Source: a virus
DNA length: 64,000 nt
Strand: one strand, 5' to 3'
IMG/VR virus record: IMGVR_UViG_3300046777_002716
Location: 37,898-101,897 of that record
The notes under the pieces are model-generated. The model had not been told where the DNA came from, did not search any database, and saw nothing but the letters and a program-made list of their open reading frames with translations. Shown here in pieces: positions 35,778 to 46,591 of this stretch. The stretch's first letter is position 1; each line of letters opens with the position of its first letter. A program made the position numbers and the translations under genes.

Positions 35778-36620
35778 TTATCCAATAAAGTCGTAAGGAG
35801 GTAATTCGTATTCTAGTGCCATTCTCTGTTTGAGATCTTCAAGTTCTCTTTCAGCATCCTCGTATAGTTCTCTGCCGTTAAGTTCAATACCACCAGGAAG
35901 TTTAACACCCCTAAATTTAATAAGATTTTGACCCCATTGTTTTTTCATCAATGAAGTTAAATATTTTTTTAGGAAACTATCATTATATACTTTAGTAAAA
36001 TCATTTGGATCCAAAATTCTGTAACAATCTATAATTAAGAACGAATCCAGACTTTGGGACTTCCAATCGATGTCCAAATACATTCTATTTTGTCTTTTGT
36101 TATATCTTATTTGCTTATCAGTAGTTAAAAGAAAATCAATATCTTCCAGATAACTTTTAACCATTGCATATTGAAGAAGTTCTACAGAGTTGAAATAATA
36201 TAAGTCATTAAGAAACAATTGATATTTAATACTAAACATACCTTGGGAAATTGAACTTGTGTCAAATTTCCAAACTTTTTCGATACCAATTACAGAATCT
36301 GGTACTTGAATATAATTTGATGTCTCATAAAAATTATATGTTTCTGTACCAAAACCAACAATATTAGAAGTTCCTGTGGTTGTAACTATCCCAGGACCTT
36401 GTGTTCCCTTCGCTTTTCCTCTATCAAGATCGTCTTGGGTAATTTTATATTTCAAATACATTCTTTCGACACCATCGAAGTGTCTCTCATAAAAATATTG
36501 TAATGCATCATCAACAAGATCGTCGATTTGTTCGTCAGAAATATTAATTTCTAATACAGGAGCACCAAGTCTTCTAAGACAATAATCAATTAATTCTTGT
36601 CTGCTTGAGGGTTTGGACAT
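35778..36620 (-). CDS. gp13: Neck protein gp13
   Basis: YCLRRLGAPVLEIN, QWGQNL.KF.GVKLPGG..LNG. Confidence 0.97.
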   Translation of the reverse strand: MSKPSSRQELIDYCLRRLGAPVLEINISDEQIDDLVDDALQYFYERHFDGVERMYLKYKITQDDLDRGKAKGTQGPGIVTTTGTSNIVGFGTETYNFYETSNYIQVPDSVIGIEKVWKFDTSSISQGMFSIKYQLFLNDLYYFNSVELLQYAMVKSYLEDIDFLLTTDKQIRYNKRQNRMYLDIDWKSQSLDSFLIIDCYRILDPNDFTKVYNDSFLKKYLTSLMKKQWGQNLIKFRGVKLPGGIELNGRELYEDAERELEDLKQRMALEYELPPYDFIG

Positions 36621-36621
36621 T

Positions 36622-37077
36622 TTAATAGGTTCCTCCGTCTATTTCATTTGACCAAGTTGGTGTACCTGAATCATCGGTTGTCATTATATAGTTTGTATAA
36701 TTAATACCATTTTCTGGACTACCTGTAGATACCATTAGTCCTTCACTATTAAAATATGGTATTCCATTTTCAAAATGTGGACCATAATAAAATCCACCTA
36801 CAACAGTAGAAATTCCAGATATAAATGAATTTCTTGCAGTAAATTCATCAAATCTTAAATCATCTCTAATGTATAAATCACCATCAATATAAACATCATT
36901 TTTAAATGTACTTACACCAACAAATGTTGATATGCCACTTACATAAAGTTCACGTACAGAGGCTATTCCACCTATTACGTTATCTGCTACAATTGCCCTT
37001 CCACCGGAAGATCCAGAAACGCTAGAAACAACCTTTATTGCATTTTGTTGACCAACTCTAACTTTTATGTCTGCCAT
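36622..37077 (-). CDS. Hypothetical virion-associated protein
   Basis: 151 aa ending IDGGTY, a fibre-type motif; SGISTF/GVSTF repeats. Confidence 0.65.
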   Translation of the reverse strand: MADIKVRVGQQNAIKVVSSVSGSSGGRAIVADNVIGGIASVRELYVSGISTFVGVSTFKNDVYIDGDLYIRDDLRFDEFTARNSFISGISTVVGGFYYGPHFENGIPYFNSEGLMVSTGSPENGINYTNYIMTTDDSGTPTWSNEIDGGTY

Positions 37078-37421
37078 TATCTAGTAACTCCTTCTGTTAC
37101 AAGAACCATTCCCTCAATGACACGATTTTTTATGTTTGTTGGATCAGTAATTACAACATCATAAATGTATCTGCCCGGTTTAATGTTCTTTGTTTGCTCT
37201 GCAGTCAATTTTAATAATATATTTCCAGCACTTGCCGGAAATGAAATAACAGCATCAAAATCTATCGCATTAGAACTTCCTGCCCATTTTCTCATTTGAG
37301 CAGCAACTGTATAACCGGTTAAATCAAAGGATGAATTTGTCTCAGATCCTTCCAGTGTGAATGATTGACTAAAATCAGATCCAGCATTCACAATAATATT
37401 ATTAACATATACTGCTGCCAT
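37077..37421 (-). CDS. Small Ig-like virion/baseplate protein
   Basis: DLTGYT..AQMRK, L.LTAEQT..I.PGRY.YDV, RVIEG.V.V..GVT. Confidence 0.7.
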   Translation of the reverse strand: MAAVYVNNIIVNAGSDFSQSFTLEGSETNSSFDLTGYTVAAQMRKWAGSSNAIDFDAVISFPASAGNILLKLTAEQTKNIKPGRYIYDVVITDPTNIKNRVIEGMVLVTEGVTR

Positions 37422-37452
37422 CTATTCTTTAATCTCTACTTTTTATTTATGT

Positions 37453-37623
37453 TTAAAGAGAACCTAAAGAAATCATCACCTCTTGCTGCTTTAAATATAA
37501 CTTACAATATAGTTTAGCAAATTTTTTCAATTCTTCTGGATTTAATTCATCAATTATTCTGGAATGCTTCTCATATTCAAATAATTTATCAATAGTTTCA
37601 AGTTCAACATCATTTGGTTCCAT
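37453..37623 (-). CDS. NblA-like phycobilisome degradation protein (56 aa, not in the ORF track)
   Basis: MEPNDVELETIDKLFEYEKHSRIIDELNPEELKKFAKLYCKLYLKQQEVMISLGSL; AAGGAG 7 nt upstream; fills the apparent gap. Confidence 0.6.
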   Translation of the reverse strand: MEPNDVELETIDKLFEYEKHSRIIDELNPEELKKFAKLYCKLYLKQQEVMISLGSL

Positions 37624-37813
37624 GAATCAACTCCTTAAGTAAAGATTTAATTTCGTCAATGTCTTGGCGCATTTGCTCAATTTCTCTTTTTTGAGAATCT
37701 CTATTATTGATACTATTTACATATTGATTATATGCAATATTATCACAATTTATAATGGCACCCGTATTTTCATCACGGTATAAATTTGGGTGCCCCTTAA
37801 CCGGAATCATCAT
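37610..37813 (-). CDS. Conserved small hypothetical protein
   Basis: VKGHPNLYRD..TGAIIN plus C-terminal coiled coil; ATGA-coupled to the VrlC-like gene. Confidence 0.8.
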   Translation of the reverse strand: MMIPVKGHPNLYRDENTGAIINCDNIAYNQYVNSINNRDSQKREIEQMRQDIDEIKSLLKELIHGTK

Positions 37814-40800
37814 CGGATTGCAATACTTCTCAAATCTTTAAATCTTGGTGCATATGCTTGATTTGTTCCAGACATTACAATTTTAATTGTATACCCAGTA
37901 AAGTCACCAAGATTATTAGCATTAAATTCATATTCTAAGAATTGATTATCAAGACTTGCTGGGACAAACACATCTGGCAGACCACTATTATTTGATGGAT
38001 CAATTACATCTGGATAACCATCTTGGTTAAAATCTGATGTCAGATTATTATAACCTGGGAATAGTTCAAAAGATTGTTCTACTTCACTTGAATCTGGTCT
38101 GATCAGACTGTATAAGACTCTAAAGTCCGCTGAGGAGTGTCTGTATGCTCCTACAATCACTTTTAGTGCAGTTGCTGGTTGAGTTAGTCTAACAGTATTA
38201 GAAACATATACAGAAGCGTGTGGATCGTCTAGAAGAGAGTTAACTCTATTATCCAAAATATAATTCGAAACTGGACTATTAAGTCTACTACTTAGTAATC
38301 TAACTGAAGAATTCTTCCAGAAGATCATCGGTGATAGATTAGTATCTGATGTTGATAGATTAATCTTTGTGGTTAAAGATTTATTTCTTAATAATCCATC
38401 AAGATAAGTTTCCTCATTAATATTAGAGCATACAATTCTTGTTGATGTTAGTTTGTTTTCTTTAGCAATTTCTACATTTTCATATCCTTGATCTTGGAAT
38501 GAAATTTCTGTACCATCAACACTAGTTCCACTCACGCTTCTAATTTGTGCAGTAATCTCAGTAACAGATCCTGGTACAATACTAGAAATTTCTGGAATTA
38601 TAGTATCATATTGGATGTTTTGTGTAGCAATTACGTTATCTCCACCACCAGTATATTCTACATTAAATGAGATTTGTGGTGCTGAACTCAAACTTGCATC
38701 AGAAGATCTATTAGTTACATTACTATCAAAATTAGATCTATCAAATTCCACATAATAACTATCAATATCATTACCAATATCTGAAATATCATGTGTAGTG
38801 TTTATTCTTCTTAAAGATACTCCACTTAATTCATACTTGTAAACCTCAGTATTAATGTCATGATCTAAAACCAGCGTTGAATCTATTCCTCTACTAATTG
38901 TTAAAAGTTGACCAGTTCCTACAGACTCATACTTGATGATTTCATTCTCAATCTTAATATATCCAGGATTTGATCCACTAACAGCAATTCCCTCAAATGT
39001 ACCAAACTCTGAAGTTGATGCAACACTTATTGATGTACCTGATGCTAGTAATGGGGAAGTTAATTTAGTTGGTGGAATATTTGATTCAATATTATTCAGT
39101 ATAAGTTTGTTATTTGCTGCATACATTCCATGGTTAAATTGATTAACCTTCATAAAGTTTCCTGAATAAATTCCACCTACAGGAGTAGATGATGTAATAG
39201 TTGTACCTGCAAGAGATACTGCAGTTCCACTATTATTATAATAGACTAATGTTGAAACCCCAACGGTAGTAAATGATTCACCTTGAACATTGGATATGTA
39301 AAGAGTATCAACCCCATTAATTGCTGTTATTGTAATTCTGGCATCTTTTCCAGCAGCAGGTGATACATCAGATGTTTTTATACCTACTACATCTCCGACA
39401 CTATATCCATTACCTGCAGAAACAATGCTGGTTGAAGTAATTGTACCATTAGTTGCATTTATATTGAGTACTAAACCAGATCCATTACCAGTAATAGAAT
39501 AAGTTCCAACATTTGATGATGTTGTGTAGTTGGAACCACCAGTTGTAATACCAACTGATGATGCTGCACTACCAGTTCCAGTAATATAACCGTAGTTATA
39601 AGTCTTTACTGAATCTGCAATTTTTCTTCCAGTAGTTAAAATTCCTATCAAATTATTGTCAGTAATGGTACTTACACCAATTGCAAATCTTTTTGGTAGT
39701 GTTGTGACTGGATTTTCAGTGAGTGTTGGAACATAACCATTACTTTGGTTGAGAGTAGGATTTTGGAAAAATACACTACCTGTTTTTGATGTAAACTCTG
39801 CTTTGTAAAGTTTAAACTTCATATCTTGATATTGGTTTGCTGTCCAAATAGAACCATTCTGAGATTTAAATAGACTTCCAATAGCAAATTGTTTAGTGTA
39901 ACGAACACTTTCTGCATCAGGAAGAGTTGCAGTATTAACTGTCTTTTCTCCCATTTCAGCAATCCAAACTTCATATTTGTCAGATTGTGGTGCAAGAAGT
40001 ACAATTGCATACTCCAAACCAGGTGCAAGATAAATTGGATAATCAAATGTTACTTTTGTTGGAACTGTTGCATCATTAGAAATGTTAATATCTGATGGTT
40101 TAAGTGTTACTGGATTACCAACAATAACTCTTGTAGGAGTACCTAATTCGACAGTTCTAACTTCAACCGTTACTGGTGCATTTTCAGGATCTTTAGAAGC
40201 AAAGAATATATCAACCGCAGTTAAATATGCACCATTTGAATCGTCATTTGGCGAGTTGCCATTTAAATCTTCAATGTTTCCACCAACTGAGAAAGACTGT
40301 GCTAGAGGATCTACAAAGTAAACAGTTGTATTAGTTGTAGTTATTCTTTGTCTTTGTTCCCAAGTTCCTTCTGCTTTGTAGATTGTTTCTGCTGAAGAAA
40401 TTAATTTACTTCCTGGCAGTGGTGTTTCATTTGTTGAACTTGATGATAGTTTATAAACTTTAGAACCTGTTGCGATTCTAACTGGTGGTGTTGGATTTGA
40501 TAAAGGATCTCTTAAGAAGAATGACCCTTGAAGATCACCATAATTATCAGAAATTAATCTGAGATCTTTTACATATGCAATAGCACCACTTGTTTGTCCT
40601 ACCAATTTCATTCCAGTGACAACATAACCAGAATATAAACCTTGTGCCTCTGCACACAAACTATTAATATCTACGTTTAATACTTTAGAAGATGCACTAT
40701 ATGAAGATGGAATACCCTCATTTTTCAGATATGGGTTAATATTATAAGTTACGGTTGGTGCGTTAAAAAGTCCTTCTTTATGATTAGGAACAGCAACTCT

Positions 40801-43800
40801 AAAACTAATTAAGTTTTTACCACCATAAGAACCAATCACAGTTTCATTAACTGCAAATGCTGAGGAAGCACCATAATTAGTTAAGGTAGAATCTGGTGAA
40901 ATTTCTATAAGTTTTGGTATAAAATCAACACCACTATTTCCATCCAAGAATTGATAGATTCTTGTAAGTGGTTTTAGATTTACTGCACTAAATCCAGTAT
41001 TTCTGGATCTCATGTAGAGTTCTGTACCAGAAGATAGTAAACGATCTTCAACAGTAGTTGAAGTACTTCTACCAACAACTTCAAATCTACCAGTTGCTCT
41101 TAACCAAACCCAATTTGTTTGATTGATGTTTACATCTTGAGATCTAATTGTTCTGACCCATCTATCACTTGCAGGATTTAACTTAACATTTCCACTATAA
41201 GAAACTACGTGGAATGGGTTTACGTTTTCTACCTTAGTTGCAAGTGGTTGTTCAATCCACCCAATAGAATCATACTTTAGTGTAATTACATCATTTGTTT
41301 TTTGTACATTTGAATCATATAAATCAAAATTATTGGTTAAATCTAAATCTTCATCTATAAAAGATTCTGCATAAACTGGTAATAAATTAATACTATTTCT
41401 ACTAACTCTTGGAGTTAATTCTTTATTTTCACTATCTACTTCTACAGTTGAAACTTGATTATTAATTAGGTCACTATTTTTAAAATCATCTACAAAGAAA
41501 CCTGTTTTAAATCTATTAAACCCTTGAGCATCTTGAATTTGTAAAGTTTGTGTATTCAGTTCAAGAAGTGAAAGTGATGTGATTCTTTCTAGGTTTTCTA
41601 CTCTATCTTCAATAAGTCCAATATCTCTCATTGTATATCTTCTGTTATCTGAAAGTGAAACAGAAGCATCTTTTGGATTATAGAGATATGGTGGAAGAGT
41701 GATTGTAGATATCTCCATCACATCATCTGGTTTTGATGGTGCTTTTGGATTTACTGCTGGTACACCCTGTAAAACAATGAAGTTTCCTAGTTTATCAAGA
41801 TAAACTTTATCAATTCTACCAAGATAAAAATCATATCCAACTAAAGAACTTTCATTTGGAGAAAGAATTAATTTTGGTTCTTCACCAAAAATTCTAGATG
41901 AAAAATCAAATGGTGATGAGGATGATCCAGTAAATACTGATACTCTTGGTCTAAAATCTAGAGTGTCTGATGCTCTTACATTATTTTTTCCTATTGAAGG
42001 GATGTCTTCAGAAAATCTTGCTGCTTCATAACTATTAACTGTAAATACATCACCAGTATCACTTGAAGGTACAGTGTAATAGTCAAATACAACTAGAATC
42101 TTTCTAGATGGTGCTTCCTCTCCAGAATTTCTTATAATTCTAGAATAATCATAGTATTGATCTTTTTGACCCTTATCCAGAGTAAATTTATTGGTAATAT
42201 TTTTGTAACTACCAGAAGTAATAGATACCAAATCTGTATTAATTCCAGATTCTTCAAATAGAACAGTTTCACCAGTTACAAATCTGTTGCCATTGAGGTA
42301 AACAATACCTAAAGTATTAGATGTAGGTTTAGTTACAATTCTTGCTATAGTTTTACTAGTATTACCAATGATATTCTCACCAATAATAGCATTTACATCT
42401 ACATTTGCAATAGAACTAAAAGTAACTGTATCTAAAACAGGATTTGATGTATCTAAAGACTCATAGATTGCAATAACTTTTGCAACGTCTGGATAATTTA
42501 GGCAAATTTCTTCGTCATGTACTCTCAATCCATAATATGGATTATAAGTAAGACCATCATTGATTGAAGAATTTGATCCAGTTCCTGATTGTGGATATTT
42601 GGATAGATTTACATTAATTACTTTACTACGATTAATCTTTTTAATCTTACTTTGAATGCCATTCTTAATGAATGTTGCGTTAATCGCAGCGATATTCTTA
42701 TTTGAAATATTGCTGAATGTAACTTGATTATTCAGCAATGTAACTTTATCTGAAGTTAATGGTTCAATAGTACCATCTTCATAGTGAATTGAATATCTTT
42801 CTTCATCAAATGCTTGGAATTGTGATAGTACTGAACTAATTCCAAGATTAAAATTAGATGTAGATACTGTAAGTGTATTACCTGATGGTGTTAATGTTGA
42901 ATTTGACTGTGCTCTAAATGTTAATATTGAAGAATTTAGATTTGTAGAAGAAATGTTGGAATCTGGAAATCTTGCATACAGATAACCTTCTTGTTCATTT
43001 CTAATTTTTGGAGTACCAATAGAAAATGTAGTACTTGTTTGTGCTGCTGGAAGAGCACCATCACAAATTCCAGGAACACTAGTAACTGATGCTAGTGTTA
43101 TTGAGGATCCATCAGAAGAAACTGATTGAACTCTATTATATGTTTCTGTTAGGAATCCAACTCTCTGATATCTAATAATAGAATCTACTGAAATGCCTCT
43201 GAATAATTTTCCAGAAGAAGTAACAGCACCTGTAGATTGAATTGTAATTACATCTGTAGGAGAAAATCCAAAGGGAGTTGATTTATCTAACTGAGTATCT
43301 GCAATAAATGCAACAGAAAAACCAGATACTGCAGTTGACTGAAATACTGACTTAATATCTTGTGTAGAGTATGCTGTTATAGACTTAATAGATCTTGAAT
43401 AAAGATCTATACCATTAATTAGTAGTTGTTCACCTACAATAAAAGTACCAGATGTTTGTCTGAGATAAATTGTATCAGAACCACTACCAGCAGATGTCAC
43501 ATATCCACTAGCACCACTGCTTTTTCCTTTTACAAATGATGATGCTGGCAGTTCTGTACTTGAAATACTTTGATTTAATACAATCTGTACATATGTCTGA
43601 ATATCATACAGATATAAATCCCAATTAGTACCAGAACCTGAATATGAGGAATCTGTTACATTAAAGGCATAAACTCTTGCATCACCGATTTTAGTACCTG
43701 ATGGTGATGATGTTGAAGATTTTCTTCTATTATATAACTCAATTGTGCCTTTTTGTTTTGGACCACCCGAAACATTATTCACTCTAATCAAATTTCCCAT

Positions 43801-44994
43801 TTCGAATGGGATATTTGCATTTGAAATTGTTTGAGTTGTTCTTGGTTTTGGAACATCTACAATTTCGACCCCAGTCTTTTCAATGTCATATCCTCTAACA
43901 TATGCTTTTCCTGGAGAAAACTTTATACACATCAGATCATCTGATGGAGTATTACCTTGATCTGTTTTCTCATCACTAAAGAATAGACCATCATTTCCGA
44001 GTCTATTATTAAGTGAATTATTAATTGAAAACTCAAAAGGATCTATTACATAATCACCAGATTCATCATATGTCCTTTGTGCAAGATAGTCTCTAATGAT
44101 TGAGTATTGTGATTTAGTCTCGATTTTTTTAATAGAACCATCTTTAACCCTCAATAGTTCTACAAAATCTGTATCATTTTCAATATCATCTATAAGTTTT
44201 TTAGTTAAAACTAAAGAAATTTTAAATCTATCTGCTCCAGGAGCAGCATAGTTTGTAAATCCTTTAGCATTATCATAGAGAGATGGATCATCTTTTGCTG
44301 TGATAATCTGCTCATTAATTTTTAAACCAACTCTGTATGATGGTGTATTTGTGTAATAATCTAAAATAATGGTTTGTTTAGGGACTCTTACAAAAGTTCC
44401 TCTAATAAAATAAACACCTTCACCAATTGACGCTGCAGAACCTGTGAAGGTTGAATCTGATGAGATTGTTGATGCAAACGCTGTGCCTGCATTAATAACA
44501 GTACCATTATATTCTACGTTTTCATTTGCAGATAGCAATTCACCATCAACAAATTCGCTAAAATTAAAATTATTATCTGAATCTTGATATTTTACATATA
44601 AAGTTACATTATCAACTTCGGAATTTGGAAGTTGAACCATTTGAACTGTTGCTGTTGTTCCAGAAACTTGTCCAGTAATTTTTTTTCCGACGAATTTCTG
44701 AATATATGCAGCAATATTAACTCCAAATTCGGTTGAATTTAATTTTACCGCATAAAATTGATTATCATAAACAATATTACCTGGGATCACCATGGATCCC
44801 TCTTTAAATATATGACTACCAAAAGACTCTACTTGATCCTGTAGTATAGATTGTAGAGTATTTAATTCTCTAGCCTGTATTGGTTTTCCTGGATTAAAAA
44901 GAACCTTATAATAGTTTTTATCTCTAGAACCAACAATAGGATCACTAAAATCGTCGTAATATGGACTTACATTGAGATTTGTTTTCTGAGCCAT
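37810..44994 (-). CDS. Large virion structural protein, VrlC / DUF4815-like
   Basis: PYYDDF, QARELN.LQSILQ.Q, APGADR, LA.RTYDESGDY, RRYTMRDIG, DPLAQSF. Confidence 0.9.
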   Translation of the reverse strand: MAQKTNLNVSPYYDDFSDPIVGSRDKNYYKVLFNPGKPIQARELNTLQSILQDQVESFGSHIFKEGSMVIPGNIVYDNQFYAVKLNSTEFGVNIAAYIQKFVGKKITGQVSGTTATVQMVQLPNSEVDNVTLYVKYQDSDNNFNFSEFVDGELLSANENVEYNGTVINAGTAFASTISSDSTFTGSAASIGEGVYFIRGTFVRVPKQTIILDYYTNTPSYRVGLKINEQIITAKDDPSLYDNAKGFTNYAAPGADRFKISLVLTKKLIDDIENDTDFVELLRVKDGSIKKIETKSQYSIIRDYLAQRTYDESGDYVIDPFEFSINNSLNNRLGNDGLFFSDEKTDQGNTPSDDLMCIKFSPGKAYVRGYDIEKTGVEIVDVPKPRTTQTISNANIPFEMGNLIRVNNVSGGPKQKGTIELYNRRKSSTSSPSGTKIGDARVYAFNVTDSSYSGSGTNWDLYLYDIQTYVQIVLNQSISSTELPASSFVKGKSSGASGYVTSAGSGSDTIYLRQTSGTFIVGEQLLINGIDLYSRSIKSITAYSTQDIKSVFQSTAVSGFSVAFIADTQLDKSTPFGFSPTDVITIQSTGAVTSSGKLFRGISVDSIIRYQRVGFLTETYNRVQSVSSDGSSITLASVTSVPGICDGALPAAQTSTTFSIGTPKIRNEQEGYLYARFPDSNISSTNLNSSILTFRAQSNSTLTPSGNTLTVSTSNFNLGISSVLSQFQAFDEERYSIHYEDGTIEPLTSDKVTLLNNQVTFSNISNKNIAAINATFIKNGIQSKIKKINRSKVINVNLSKYPQSGTGSNSSINDGLTYNPYYGLRVHDEEICLNYPDVAKVIAIYESLDTSNPVLDTVTFSSIANVDVNAIIGENIIGNTSKTIARIVTKPTSNTLGIVYLNGNRFVTGETVLFEESGINTDLVSITSGSYKNITNKFTLDKGQKDQYYDYSRIIRNSGEEAPSRKILVVFDYYTVPSSDTGDVFTVNSYEAARFSEDIPSIGKNNVRASDTLDFRPRVSVFTGSSSSPFDFSSRIFGEEPKLILSPNESSLVGYDFYLGRIDKVYLDKLGNFIVLQGVPAVNPKAPSKPDDVMEISTITLPPYLYNPKDASVSLSDNRRYTMRDIGLIEDRVENLERITSLSLLELNTQTLQIQDAQGFNRFKTGFFVDDFKNSDLINNQVSTVEVDSENKELTPRVSRNSINLLPVYAESFIDEDLDLTNNFDLYDSNVQKTNDVITLKYDSIGWIEQPLATKVENVNPFHVVSYSGNVKLNPASDRWVRTIRSQDVNINQTNWVWLRATGRFEVVGRSTSTTVEDRLLSSGTELYMRSRNTGFSAVNLKPLTRIYQFLDGNSGVDFIPKLIEISPDSTLTNYGASSAFAVNETVIGSYGGKNLISFRVAVPNHKEGLFNAPTVTYNINPYLKNEGIPSSYSASSKVLNVDINSLCAEAQGLYSGYVVTGMKLVGQTSGAIAYVKDLRLISDNYGDLQGSFFLRDPLSNPTPPVRIATGSKVYKLSSSSTNETPLPGSKLISSAETIYKAEGTWEQRQRITTTNTTVYFVDPLAQSFSVGGNIEDLNGNSPNDDSNGAYLTAVDIFFASKDPENAPVTVEVRTVELGTPTRVIVGNPVTLKPSDINISNDATVPTKVTFDYPIYLAPGLEYAIVLLAPQSDKYEVWIAEMGEKTVNTATLPDAESVRYTKQFAIGSLFKSQNGSIWTANQYQDMKFKLYKAEFTSKTGSVFFQNPTLNQSNGYVPTLTENPVTTLPKRFAIGVSTITDNNLIGILTTGRKIADSVKTYNYGYITGTGSAASSVGITTGGSNYTTSSNVGTYSITGNGSGLVLNINATNGTITSTSIVSAGNGYSVGDVVGIKTSDVSPAAGKDARITITAINGVDTLYISNVQGESFTTVGVSTLVYYNNSGTAVSLAGTTITSSTPVGGIYSGNFMKVNQFNHGMYAANNKLILNNIESNIPPTKLTSPLLASGTSISVASTSEFGTFEGIAVSGSNPGYIKIENEIIKYESVGTGQLLTISRGIDSTLVLDHDINTEVYKYELSGVSLRRINTTHDISDIGNDIDSYYVEFDRSNFDSNVTNRSSDASLSSAPQISFNVEYTGGGDNVIATQNIQYDTIIPEISSIVPGSVTEITAQIRSVSGTSVDGTEISFQDQGYENVEIAKENKLTSTRIVCSNINEETYLDGLLRNKSLTTKINLSTSDTNLSPMIFWKNSSVRLLSSRLNSPVSNYILDNRVNSLLDDPHASVYVSNTVRLTQPATALKVIVGAYRHSSADFRVLYSLIRPDSSEVEQSFELFPGYNNLTSDFNQDGYPDVIDPSNNSGLPDVFVPASLDNQFLEYEFNANNLGDFTGYTIKIVMSGTNQAYAPRFKDLRSIAIR

Positions 44995-44997
44995 TTC

Positions 44998-46557
44998 TTA
45001 AAATTCCAGGATAATTTTAATGTCTTCTTTTTGTCTAGAACTTCTAGTTACTGTGGGTCTATTATCAATATAGATTACGTCACCAGACTTATTATTTATC
45101 TCAGGATTTGCTAATCCATTTGTAAATTGTACCCCTAGATTTACAATTTTATTCGAAATTGTTGTTGTAATTCCGGTAAATGTATTGTCTATAACGGCGT
45201 TAAATCCTCCACCAACTTTAGAAACTTGATTGGATGAGTTAAATTGGAGAACTTTTCCAGTTGTAGATAATCCAACATAATCAGTTTGGTCATACGTTGT
45301 TGGATTAAAATATAAAGATCTATCTTGATAGTATTTCAACACTTTTGTTTCAGAATCATAAGATGCAACATAACCAACAGCAATTCCACCAGTAACTGAT
45401 TGTTGTATCTTATCTCCAACAGAAATGGAACCAGATGGTGTTCCAGAAAATCTCATTGCATACACTGATGAAAATTCATTAGAACTGAATTTTGTTGTAT
45501 TAATTCCAGTTGGATCATATACAGTGGGATTCTTTATAATTCCAACTTGAGAAAACTTAGTATCTGTTGGGAAATTTTTTGTAGAATCATCAAATCTGGC
45601 ATAAATTAAAATTTTATCTGCACCCAGTTCTTTGTAAATATCATAACCATGACCCTTAGATGGTGGAATAATTGGAATTAACTCGGCATATTGACTTGGA
45701 TTTAGATTAGTTCCAAGATCAACAATACCATAAGTATAATTTTTTCCACCAGAAGTTACAATAGCATCTGTAATTTTTCCAGAAGAATCAAGTTCAACCG
45801 TTACTTCTGCACCAGTACCATCTCCAATAATATTACAAGTTTGACCAGATGCAAGAGTATAACCTAAACCACCATTTTGGATGTATACCTTTTTTATTTG
45901 ATTTTCATTTACTGCAGAATTGCCATTTTCTCTGACAGATACTATTTGTGCATCTGTGGTTGTTTGCCAATCATTGGGTACAGTAATGTACTCAATTGAA
46001 TCAAATTTGATGATATCACTAGGAGAAACCGTATATAGATATTTCCAAACGTAACCATCACCACTTTCTCCAGCTCTTGAAGGTTCTAAATCGGTGAATG
46101 TTGGTTCATCTTGTGATGCATTTCCAGTTTCATTAGTACCTGAAGATCCATTATCAATGCAAATATAAACTTTGTACTCAGAGTTCATTACATAGTAATT
46201 GGCATCATATAATCTCATCGAACCTGTAATTGGTGATGGATTTATAACGCTGTAGTCTGGTCTGTACATTTCATATTTTGTACCCTGAACCCAGTCAATT
46301 CTTCTGATTACTCTTCTAATATTGGCACTTGTAATTTTTTTACCGAAGAGAATAGTAGATTCATAGTGATTAATATAATCGCCATTATCTACTGGATCTG
46401 GTGGTGTAGTATTCCAATTAGCATTTCTACCAAATCCAGGAGCAGTCGGATTTGATAATCCTACAAAAACATAATAAGAATTTGTAGAATCCTTAACAGA
46501 ATCTATGAAATTTGTCGCGTTAAGGATTCTAAATTGATCTGTTACAAGTGCAGACAT
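44998..46557 (-). CDS. gp8: Baseplate wedge subunit gp8
   Basis: YKVYICIDN, DGYVWKYLYT, SGDVIYIDNR, QKEDIKIILEF; start moved to MSALVTDQF because TATAAATA lies at 46578-46585. Confidence 0.93.
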   Translation of the reverse strand: MSALVTDQFRILNATNFIDSVKDSTNSYYVFVGLSNPTAPGFGRNANWNTTPPDPVDNGDYINHYESTILFGKKITSANIRRVIRRIDWVQGTKYEMYRPDYSVINPSPITGSMRLYDANYYVMNSEYKVYICIDNGSSGTNETGNASQDEPTFTDLEPSRAGESGDGYVWKYLYTVSPSDIIKFDSIEYITVPNDWQTTTDAQIVSVRENGNSAVNENQIKKVYIQNGGLGYTLASGQTCNIIGDGTGAEVTVELDSSGKITDAIVTSGGKNYTYGIVDLGTNLNPSQYAELIPIIPPSKGHGYDIYKELGADKILIYARFDDSTKNFPTDTKFSQVGIIKNPTVYDPTGINTTKFSSNEFSSVYAMRFSGTPSGSISVGDKIQQSVTGGIAVGYVASYDSETKVLKYYQDRSLYFNPTTYDQTDYVGLSTTGKVLQFNSSNQVSKVGGGFNAVIDNTFTGITTTISNKIVNLGVQFTNGLANPEINNKSGDVIYIDNRPTVTRSSRQKEDIKIILEF

Positions 46558-46591
46558 TTTAATATAGTTTTTTTCTATATTTATACTATTA

